Part shown: piece by piece, positions 26,534 to 33,829 of the stretch
Layout of the letters: every line of letters begins with the position of its first letter
Position numbering within the stretch: position 1 is the first letter of the stretch
Assembly (NCBI RefSeq): GCF_965227005.1
Contig: NZ_CBDDFJ010000034.1
Span: 56,855-96,854, forward strand
Length of the DNA stretch: 40,000 nt
Reading direction: 5' to 3'
Origin: Roseococcus sp.
GTDB lineage: Bacteria > Pseudomonadota > Alphaproteobacteria > Acetobacterales > Acetobacteraceae
Program-made: the position numbers and the translations under genes
Notes under the pieces: model-generated
What the model was told of the DNA's origin: nothing
Seen by the model: the letters and a program-made list of their open reading frames with translations, nothing else
Database searches by the model: none

Positions 26534-27616
26534 TCAGGCTGCCCGCTCTTGTGCGGCGAGTGCTGCCTTGATGACGTCGAGGAGATAGAAGGACAGTTGG
26601 CGGACATCCGCGGGGACGTTCTGCAAGCCGTTCCATCGCCGGCGTTCGTCGCGGAAGTTCCACTCACCGGAGGACCAGGCTGTCTTGCCCTTTAGCAGGC
26701 GCAGCCCGCGCGCGAACTCGTCGCGAGTTTCGGCGCCGGTGACGGCGTTAAGGTAATCCATCACGTAGCCCAGGGCGATGATGCCTGTCCCATGGATGAG
26801 CCGGGAGTCCTTGGGGGTCTTCCCATCCCAATCGGAGACGAAAACGGCCTGCACAGCGTGCCAATATTCGCTGATCAGTTCGACGCCCTTGCTCAGCAGC
26901 AACGCGTCGTCGCCGGCGTAGAGACGCAGGGCGCCATCGCTTAGCGAGTTCATGATGACCCGTTGGAGAACCGTGTCGCGGATCACGCCCTTCGGGTTCG
27001 TCTGCTGCTTAATCAGGCCCTTGAGCGCTGAGCCCGCGCGGTAGTTCAAGGCTTCGGTGAGCAGCGCAGCCTGAGATCGGCTGGACATCCGCAGCGGCAG
27101 GTCGGCGACCTGCGGCAGCAATTCATAGATGAGCGCCTTCGGCAGGGGCCGTGTGTTGTTGATGAGGATGAACTGCTTTTGGAGTTCTTCCTCCGTCTCA
27201 CACAGGAAGCCGGAGACCAGCACCTCGAACTCCCGTCCGCAGAGCTCCGACAGCGCCGTGAAGCGCTGCTGTCCATCGACGATCCAACCGGGCGGCCCCT
27301 CAGTGATGTCGATCTTTAGGCGTCGCGATCCGCTCGCCTCGCGAGACGGCTCGAGTGCGGCCTTGCCCAGGAAGGCCACGACGATCGGATTGGGCAGGAT
27401 CGCGTTGGGCTTCTCGAGATAGTCGCGGATCTCCCGTATGTGGGCGGCGATTTGCGGGCGCTGGAAACCCTGCAGCATGCCGTCGGCGGCGCGCCCGGCG
27501 CGTTCGATCCGGACGATCCGGACGATGTCGGCGGCCTTCGCCACGAAGGTGAAGACGGTCAGATTGCGGCTTTGAGCCGGGACCAGGACGTCGAATGAAA
27601 GATGAGTCTCGCTCAT
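26534..27616 (-). CDS. dpdB: DGQHR-domain (ParB/DndB-like) protein, DpdB-family paralog 2
   Basis: 360 aa from ATG 27616 (ATGA overlap with the dpdA stop). 'GMLQGFQRPQ', 'WIVDGQQRFTAL', 'QFILINNTRPL' and 'DSRLIHGTG'. It is a clear paralog of 28899-30041. Confidence 0.7.
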   Translation of the reverse strand: MSETHLSFDVLVPAQSRNLTVFTFVAKAADIVRIVRIERAGRAADGMLQGFQRPQIAAHIREIRDYLEKPNAILPNPIVVAFLGKAALEPSREASGSRRLKIDITEGPPGWIVDGQQRFTALSELCGREFEVLVSGFLCETEEELQKQFILINNTRPLPKALIYELLPQVADLPLRMSSRSQAALLTEALNYRAGSALKGLIKQQTNPKGVIRDTVLQRVIMNSLSDGALRLYAGDDALLLSKGVELISEYWHAVQAVFVSDWDGKTPKDSRLIHGTGIIALGYVMDYLNAVTGAETRDEFARGLRLLKGKTAWSSGEWNFRDERRRWNGLQNVPADVRQLSFYLLDVIKAALAAQERAA

Positions 27617-28902
27617 ACGGTTTCCCGCCGAAATTCGTTGAGGTGAGTGTGGAAGACATGGAGGTTGTGGATGCCGCGCCGCTTGTTGCGGTTCGAAGTT
27701 CGGAAGATCAGCGCCTCGACACCGCTCTCCCGACAGACGCGACACCCGCAATGCTCCCACGGTCGGTCGGTCAAGGTCTTAGCATAGACTTTTCGCTGTC
27801 GCGCCGCCGCTTCGGCGCGGCGGGTGGGCGAGGTCTCTTCGTCCCAGTTAAGCGCGGCCCAATAGGCCATGACGGCATCCAGGCTCTGATCGAGGGTGGC
27901 CTCGCCCGTTGAGTAGGCCCTCACGCTTTTGAGCGCGACATCTTCGAGGTGGCGCGCCGCCTCTTGGTTCAAGCTGCCCTCAAGCGCCTTATGCTTAAGC
28001 TTGTTATTCTCAATGGCCTGAGGAATGCGGATAGCCGTGTAGTAGGATAGATCGCCGTCCGAGGTCCGCGCCCAGTAGTTTTTGCGCGCGTCCTTGAAGG
28101 CCCGCAGCAGCGGCGACGTCGTGTCGAAGCTGCTGACGCCAAACTCCTCTAAAGATCGAAGCTCTTCGATCTTCCCAAAGCCCAGCAGGTGGAGCCGCAC
28201 CGAGTTCGGCAGAGCGTCCCGTACCGCCGCCAGGACCCGCCGAATCTGATCGATCTTCAGTGGGACAGTCCCACCAATGGCCAGATAGTCGAAGCCCATC
28301 GCGGCGAGCTGGCGGGCGGCGTCGGCCATGCTCCGGGTCGACCAGCCCTGGATAACCCCCATCGGCGTGAAATCAGGACCCAGCCGCGCGGCCTCGGCGA
28401 AGAACTCCGCGCCATTCTGAAGCGTAATCTCGTACCGCCGGCGGACGTCTTCGGGCACATCGATCAGCGCTCGTTCGATGCCCACTTCGTCGAAATCGAA
28501 GATGAGGTGGTCGGGCGCACAGCCATGGGAGAAGCCTCCGTCGGCGTAGAATTCTACGGTGTCGCCGGCTCTGTACGGAGGTTCAGGAAAGTTGCGATAC
28601 GTAAAGGCCCCGCAGTCCCCCATCATTATACTGTCTGGGAATCGCTCTAGCGGGTAACGCAGAAACCTGCGGGCGCCCTCGCGCCGAAACCGCATCAACT
28701 GCGCCTCTGAATACTTCCCAGGATAGCGAGCGTCGCCGACGATCCCGCGCGACACTAGTATGCCATCGTAGGGCGCCCGATCGAGAAATTCGTGCGGATA
28801 CTGATCGTCGCGGTGGACCGTGCGGCCTGTGCCATTTCGGTCGGCGACGAAGTTGTAGGCCGGGTCGATCGTATCAAGACTGTCGGCGAATAGGAACTTC
28901 AC
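27613..28902 (-). CDS. dpdA: tRNA-guanine-transglycosylase-like DNA transglycosylase DpdA
   Basis: 429 aa with a GTG start. TGT-type Zn motif 'CGCRVC...(x)n...HNLH' near the C-terminus and 'MMGDCGAFTY' resembling the TGT catalytic-Asp loop. It is flanked by DGQHR genes and co-operonic with queCDE. Confidence 0.8.
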   Translation of the reverse strand: MKFLFADSLDTIDPAYNFVADRNGTGRTVHRDDQYPHEFLDRAPYDGILVSRGIVGDARYPGKYSEAQLMRFRREGARRFLRYPLERFPDSIMMGDCGAFTYRNFPEPPYRAGDTVEFYADGGFSHGCAPDHLIFDFDEVGIERALIDVPEDVRRRYEITLQNGAEFFAEAARLGPDFTPMGVIQGWSTRSMADAARQLAAMGFDYLAIGGTVPLKIDQIRRVLAAVRDALPNSVRLHLLGFGKIEELRSLEEFGVSSFDTTSPLLRAFKDARKNYWARTSDGDLSYYTAIRIPQAIENNKLKHKALEGSLNQEAARHLEDVALKSVRAYSTGEATLDQSLDAVMAYWAALNWDEETSPTRRAEAAARQRKVYAKTLTDRPWEHCGCRVCRESGVEALIFRTSNRNKRRGIHNLHVFHTHLNEFRRETV

Positions 28903-30041
28903 GAGGCCACCTTCGCGAACGCGTAAAGGTGATCGAGCCGCGCCAGATGACCGGCCAGGAGCTTGATGTCGCGCGAGATGTTCTGGATCTCGTTCCAGTC
29001 CCGCTGCAGTTCATTCCAGCGGCCCGATGTCCAGCGACAGTGCGGAGCGATGCGGCTCAGCGCCTCGTAAGCATGGGCCAAAAGATCGGCGCCGGGCGCA
29101 GCGCGCGACATTACCCGATCCATCAGCAAGCTCATCGCTTCCACGCCCGCAGAATGCATAAGCCGGCTATCAGTCACAGGGCGTCCCCAGGCCTCGGGAA
29201 AAGCGGCCTTCACCGCAGTCCAGAAGGCCACGAGGATCCGGTACATGCCGTCGACATCGGTCTGCTGACCGCCGCCCGCCCTGAGCGGGCCAAGAGCGCC
29301 GAGGCCGCTGCTGATGCTCTGACGAATGCCCTTAATCAGAGCGCTATCGATGATGACGCCGCCGCCCTCGTCTTCCGAAACTCGCCGAATCATGCCCCGC
29401 AGCGGAGAATCCGTCGCGGTCTGAAGCCGATGTACCAGCAGGCTGGGGATTTTGCGGGCGGCCAGGTCACGCGGAAAATGAGCGTCGACCTCTGGCAGCA
29501 GCTCATTAATCAGCCGCGGATCAAGCGGCTTGGCCTTGTTGACCAGGATGAACTGCTCGCGATGGACAGATAGTTCCTCCGAGGCAAAGGCGACGACTGG
29601 GACCGGGAAACCCTGATCCTTGGCTCGAGACAGGGCCAAGGAGCGCTGCTGTCCGTCGACGATCCAGGCCGCGCGGCTGCCATCGGTTGGCATCGGCATG
29701 CGCAGGGTTCCAGCTTCCGCCACGCGTAGATCGCCCGACGGCCGCTCGCCTCGCGCAGCGGTAAACCTGGCCCGCGGCGAGATCGCGAGAATGATGGAGT
29801 TGGGGAAAAGTACCGGACCTTGGTCAAGGAACTCGGTGATGGACTGAACGTGGCTCCGAATCCCCTTGCGCTGGAAGCCCTGCATGCCGCCATCGGCGTC
29901 GCGACGCACGCGTGAGATATCAGCGACCTTCAAGAGGTCGGCGCCGGCGAGAAAGAAGGCATAGACCGCTTTATCTGCCTGGTAAGTTCGAACGGCGCGC
30001 ACCGCCAAGGTGGGCTCGCTCATCGTCTTAGGACGCGTCAT
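28899..30041 (-). CDS. dpdB: DGQHR-domain (ParB/DndB-like) protein, DpdB-family paralog 1
   Basis: 380 aa. 'GGMQGFQRKG', 'WIVDGQQRSLAL', 'QFILVNKAKPL' and 'DSRLMHSAG'. ATGA overlap with the upstream gene and GTGA overlap with dpdA. Confidence 0.72.
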   Translation of the reverse strand: MTRPKTMSEPTLAVRAVRTYQADKAVYAFFLAGADLLKVADISRVRRDADGGMQGFQRKGIRSHVQSITEFLDQGPVLFPNSIILAISPRARFTAARGERPSGDLRVAEAGTLRMPMPTDGSRAAWIVDGQQRSLALSRAKDQGFPVPVVAFASEELSVHREQFILVNKAKPLDPRLINELLPEVDAHFPRDLAARKIPSLLVHRLQTATDSPLRGMIRRVSEDEGGGVIIDSALIKGIRQSISSGLGALGPLRAGGGQQTDVDGMYRILVAFWTAVKAAFPEAWGRPVTDSRLMHSAGVEAMSLLMDRVMSRAAPGADLLAHAYEALSRIAPHCRWTSGRWNELQRDWNEIQNISRDIKLLAGHLARLDHLYAFAKVAS

Positions 30042-31000
30042 GAACAGTCACCTTCCGACTGGGCTTGGCGAAAGAGCTTTGCAAAGCGGCCTTGCTCACA
30101 GGCGATCTGGTCGTCGTCCCGCAGGCGCCGCAGCAACTGGCTCGCGCTTGCACGCGGATGAAGCCGAGACCGGATCACGGCCAGTAGGGCCTCATCGGTC
30201 GCGGTGCTCCGCACAGGGCGCAATGGCGACTTTGACTTGGCCATCGCGCGTCGGACCCATTCGGCGTCCAAGGAAATGTCTCCGTCCTGCGGAGCGATGT
30301 TTCGACTGAAATGCACCAAGGCGCGCTGTGCGAAGTCAGATCGCGTGCCAGGAAAGATCGTGTCGAGCCGGTCATCGTAAGGAAGGAGGAATGGCTTCAG
30401 AACGGCCGGCAACACTCCTCCAAGCCCGGCACCGAAGATTCGCAGGCGGCTCAGCGCCGAGGCGGGAACGGCGGCCAGGCTTTGGGACGCCATCTCAGCG
30501 TAGGGCTTGGTTACGGCGAATAACACGCGACCGTTGACGCTTGAAAACGCGTCAGACCATTGCGCCGAGTAGGGGCTCGCCAGAAGTCTCCTGAACCATT
30601 CCGGCGGATCGAAGGCGTCGATGACCCTGTTCCGAATGGAGTCCGTATCCCCCCGCGCGACCGTCAGGCTGTAGCCGGGCACGGCTGTGCTCCCCGCGAC
30701 TAGGCCAAGTCCCGCGGAAACCACAAACAATTTGGCGCCGGTTTGCGCAGCCGCATCGCGAGCCAAGGCAAAAGCTCGACCCGCATACAGTTTAGTCGCG
30801 GGAGTCGTGGGGAACGCTGCCGAAATCTGCCACAGCCAACGCGACGCGACATCCGCTTGGGGCGCGAAAGGAAGAGCGGCAGGTGTTCCTTCAGAGGTCG
30901 GGGGGAGCCGCTTTTGGTTGGTGCAGATGGTAACGATCGCCGCGACGGTTGCGGTCGAGCGCTGAACGTTGGGTTCAATAACTGCGTACTCCCGTGTCAT
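30038..31000 (-). CDS. Hypothetical protein, first gene of the modification operon; DpdC candidate by position only
   Basis: 320 aa. 'VTICTNQKR...LYAGRAF...LFVVSAGLGLV...PGYSLTV'. No catalytic motif that I can name with confidence. The C-terminal ~60 aa ('TDEALLAVIRSRLHPRASASQLLRRLRDD') look HTH-like. Confidence 0.45.
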   Translation of the reverse strand: MTREYAVIEPNVQRSTATVAAIVTICTNQKRLPPTSEGTPAALPFAPQADVASRWLWQISAAFPTTPATKLYAGRAFALARDAAAQTGAKLFVVSAGLGLVAGSTAVPGYSLTVARGDTDSIRNRVIDAFDPPEWFRRLLASPYSAQWSDAFSSVNGRVLFAVTKPYAEMASQSLAAVPASALSRLRIFGAGLGGVLPAVLKPFLLPYDDRLDTIFPGTRSDFAQRALVHFSRNIAPQDGDISLDAEWVRRAMAKSKSPLRPVRSTATDEALLAVIRSRLHPRASASQLLRRLRDDDQIACEQGRFAKLFRQAQSEGDCS

Positions 31001-31172
31001 TTAACTGCGCCCCTGGCTCCTCGTTCGCCGATCAGCTTGGGTAGGCCGTACCCTAAATATGGGGGCCGCCCACACGGCCGGATACTAGATTTGGACCTTA
31101 ACATAAGGGCGATTCTGCAGCTAGTCCTACGTGTGCAGTTTTGGGGAATTGTGGATTCAATTGCTCCCGCAC

Positions 31173-31188
31173 GTGCAGTGATCTGCAC
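31173..31188. repeat. Inverted repeat GTGCAG-TGAT-CTGCAC, using the same hexamer half-sites in everted order, upstream of the modification operon
   Basis: Read directly from the sequence. Extra half-sites occur at 31133-31138 (GTGCAG) and 31230-31235 (CTGCAC). 31181-31191 (ATCTGCACCGG) resembles the left arm of the palindrome family. Confidence 0.45.
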
Positions 31189-31307
31189 CGGATGGTCGCA
31201 GTTATTGAGGTAGCCCATGTTGAACGCGGCTGCACTTACAGGGGCGCGCAAGCAGGGCGATTCTCCGTACACGGCCTTGCCCAGCGGCCGAGCGTTGATG
31301 CGTGCGG

Positions 31308-33188
31308 CTAAGCCTCGATCGGGACGAACGCAACTTTGATTTCGACCACCATGGTGTCGCTATCGCCGGCGCCTGCGGCGGCTTTTTTCACTGTGCGCAC
31401 ATCAGGATCGCCCGTCCACAAGCCGATCACATCGTCGACAAGCCACCCGGCCAGGCTCCGCCCCAAACGCGCAACTCGGTCCGGATGCAGATGGCGGATT
31501 TTCTGCTCCGTACCCAACCGGTCGATCATGAGCTGGGCCGGTACGATTGGCATCACAACATCCTGGGCCGTCGGCCCCACGGCCAGAAGGTAGGATGATT
31601 TGGTTTGAATGGCGATGTCGCTCATCTGGCTCATATCGACGGCATAGTGCTCATCCACGTTTCGCTTCTTCCGTTTAAAGCGCTTAGCTTGGATGAAGGT
31701 CGCACGTTCACTGAACGGCTTATCCGCACCACGGCGCGCCCGTATGATCAGGGTCACGTCGGTTGAGAACTTGCGCTTCTTCCTAAGCCCGTCGGCTCCT
31801 TCCTCCGTCTTCCCGATGATGCGGTGGGACAGTGCGACGGTAAGCCTTTCGTGGCGATCTGTTTCGCGCGCCCAGATTGCGGCTTGTCGCGTGACAGCCA
31901 CGCAGGCACCCCGGAGCCGCTCAAAAAGCTTGCCGACCAAGTTCTCTTCACCACTCGATGCAGTCGCGAGTACCTCATTCGCCATACTCATTGCGGCTTC
32001 GCCAAACGCATTGCGGAGCAGTGCTTCCAGCCTGGCATCGCCGAGCCAGGTCCTCGATGGAGCGAGGACAGGGTTGGAAGCGTGGTGTGCCGGCTCTTTG
32101 CCAAGGAGCACTTCGAGGTAGTCGGGTTCACCCCCAAATATCTCGAGGGCGGATCTGGCTCGCAGAGCTACCAGATGCGACGGATGGGCGGCGAATGGTT
32201 CGATCGCGCTCCGCGGGTCGGGCTCGCTCATCTCAAGTGCGGTAACCTGACACAGCAAGTCCTCGCGATGGTCGGCGAACCAGAGCAACACCTCGATGGC
32301 GGCATCGCGCAGCGCAGCATCCTCGGCGACCAGTCGCGTGAGTGTTCGGCGCCATGCGGCCCGGGACGGACCAGACATATCGCGCAACGCGAAGGAGTCG
32401 AGCGAGGGGCCGCATATGAGCGGCACCTGGCGTAGCAGATGGGCCAACTCTGCCACCTGTTGCGGCGGGTGATAGGTCTCGAGCCTACTCGACCAAATAG
32501 CAGCGAAAAGCTGTCCCCAACGCACCTCGCCTGCCCACTCATGAACGAGGCGTGAGATTGCTTCGTTGCGTAAGTGAGGCTGCTCTCCAAGTATGATCGC
32601 AAGCGCAGCGCGAGCATCTTCCGCCGTCCCTTTGAGCGAGGCTAGGACGTGAAGAACCGAAATTGGACGGTCCCGCTTTGCGTGCAATACATCGAGGCCA
32701 GCGCCTATCACCCGCTGCTCACCTCTCAATTCGGGCCAGTACGCCAGGAATCTTTCCTCTATGTGATTTGATTCAAAATAGTATGAGAAATTTCCTGACA
32801 ATTCGGAGACGATCCGCTCCCGAACATGCTTCCAATTTTTTGATCTCCAGCTCGTTAGCGCCGAGATCCATTCATCTTGTCGCTCTGCAGGGATCTCGCG
32901 CGCGCGCCTCCAAAGTAATTCGTACTCAGATCGGTCAAAAGGATGCTTGAAGATGCCCGCTATGATGGCTGAGATTGCTTCGCTCCACACCTCGTCCGTA
33001 ACGTCGTGGTCCTCTCCCGGCGCCTCGCCGCCCAGCGCGAAGCCAGTGAAACGAGCGATCCATCGTTTGCTGACAATCGCGATGGCCTCAGCAACAGGGA
33101 GCGATCGCCGAGTGGAAGGACGCGTCACGGTTTGACCTCTGTTATTTAATTTTCTCAATGTGATGAGCTTTGCCGCTGAGCTACGCAA
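31308..33188 (-). CDS. Orphan 626-aa hypothetical protein: helical-repeat N-terminal region plus a possible Mrr-like PD-(D/E)xK nuclease C-terminus
   Basis: A long ORF with no competing frame. The C-terminal pattern 'KLFERL...FSTDVTLIIRA...ATFIQAKRFKRKK...SSYLLAVGP' resembles the E...D...QxK arrangement of Mrr-type catalytic domains. The track start is TTG 33188, but GTG 33128 is preceded by AGAGG and is a better candidate. Low-GC codons are noticeably more frequent in the 5' third. Confidence 0.55.
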   Translation of the reverse strand: MRSSAAKLITLRKLNNRGQTVTRPSTRRSLPVAEAIAIVSKRWIARFTGFALGGEAPGEDHDVTDEVWSEAISAIIAGIFKHPFDRSEYELLWRRAREIPAERQDEWISALTSWRSKNWKHVRERIVSELSGNFSYYFESNHIEERFLAYWPELRGEQRVIGAGLDVLHAKRDRPISVLHVLASLKGTAEDARAALAIILGEQPHLRNEAISRLVHEWAGEVRWGQLFAAIWSSRLETYHPPQQVAELAHLLRQVPLICGPSLDSFALRDMSGPSRAAWRRTLTRLVAEDAALRDAAIEVLLWFADHREDLLCQVTALEMSEPDPRSAIEPFAAHPSHLVALRARSALEIFGGEPDYLEVLLGKEPAHHASNPVLAPSRTWLGDARLEALLRNAFGEAAMSMANEVLATASSGEENLVGKLFERLRGACVAVTRQAAIWARETDRHERLTVALSHRIIGKTEEGADGLRKKRKFSTDVTLIIRARRGADKPFSERATFIQAKRFKRKKRNVDEHYAVDMSQMSDIAIQTKSSYLLAVGPTAQDVVMPIVPAQLMIDRLGTEQKIRHLHPDRVARLGRSLAGWLVDDVIGLWTGDPDVRTVKKAAAGAGDSDTMVVEIKVAFVPIEA

Positions 33189-33554
33189 GGGGCAATGATG
33201 GGCGGAGTGTGTCGGCGGTGCCGTGGTGGCTGTTCTCGCGCCACCAGCAGGGAGGAATGCCCGAATGGAACGGGATTTGGTGGGTCTTCCGCATGCGCTT
33301 TGGGATGCCTGCAGGAGCGGAAGAACGGTGGAGCGCTCGCACTTTCAGCTTCCTGAGACCAAGTTCGAAGCCTACGCCGTTCAACGGATGATCATAGAAC
33401 TGAGCGGCTAGCGCCAATGCGGTTACAAGATCGAATCGACAAGCAAAGAGGCCCAGCGTCTTCTCGGAAACGATGAGCCGGGCGCAGGCGCCGTCATTGA
33501 ATCGTTCCTGCTCACAAGCCGTGTGCTGCGCGGGGTGACCGCGGCGCACATGCC

Positions 33555-33581
33555 TGAACGGGTGAACGGGTGAACGGGTGA
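33555..33581 (+). repeat. Tandem 8-bp repeat TGAACGGG x3 (plus partial)
   Basis: TGAACGGGTGAACGGGTGAACGGGTGA read directly from the sequence, in the gap between the orphan gene and int. Confidence 0.7.
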
Positions 33582-33695
33582 CTTAGGGCGGACGTCATCC
33601 TTACCGACAATCTTGAGGGGAAGGGCTCGGCTTAGGCGAGACAGATAACCCAGCGTAACCATGGCCGCCGCTATCGCCGCCGAGGTCGAGTTCGA

Positions 33696-33717
33696 AATCT
33701 GCACCCGGTTTCAGAAA
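33696..33717. repeat. Palindrome family copy 4 (AATCTGCACCCGGTTTCAGAAA, degenerate right half), ~115 bp downstream of the integrase stop
   Basis: The left 13 nt are identical to copy 2. Read on the minus strand it resembles copy 1 plus a T-run (TCTGAAACCGGGTGCAGATTT), so it could act as a terminator-like hairpin after int. Confidence 0.55.
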
Positions 33718-33829
33718 AGCTTTCTCACCGATGTTGCAGCTGAGGCGCCACATATGTGGGGTAACCTCAACCTCTTGCAGGCAGAAGTTTGACGTAGGAT
33801 CGTCAAAAACACGCCGGCCGTCATGCGAA

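Noticed and set aside
26534-30041. DGQHR genes as evidence for a Dnd phosphorothioation system, or the helicase/PLD genes as a bona fide DISARM system
   Set aside because: No DndA/C/D/E-like genes (cysteine desulfurase, PAPS-reductase-like, SMC-like) and no DNA methyltransferase are present. The TGT-like gene plus queCDE points to deazaguanine (Dpd) chemistry instead.
33181-33704. 122-aa and 93-aa minus-strand ORFs. I briefly considered a decayed IS5-type transposase C-terminus ('ERF...RFDLVTALALAAQF')
   Set aside because: The resemblance is a handful of residues with gaps. There are no DDE residues, no inverted repeats and no target duplication. That is insufficient to call a gene or an IS remnant.
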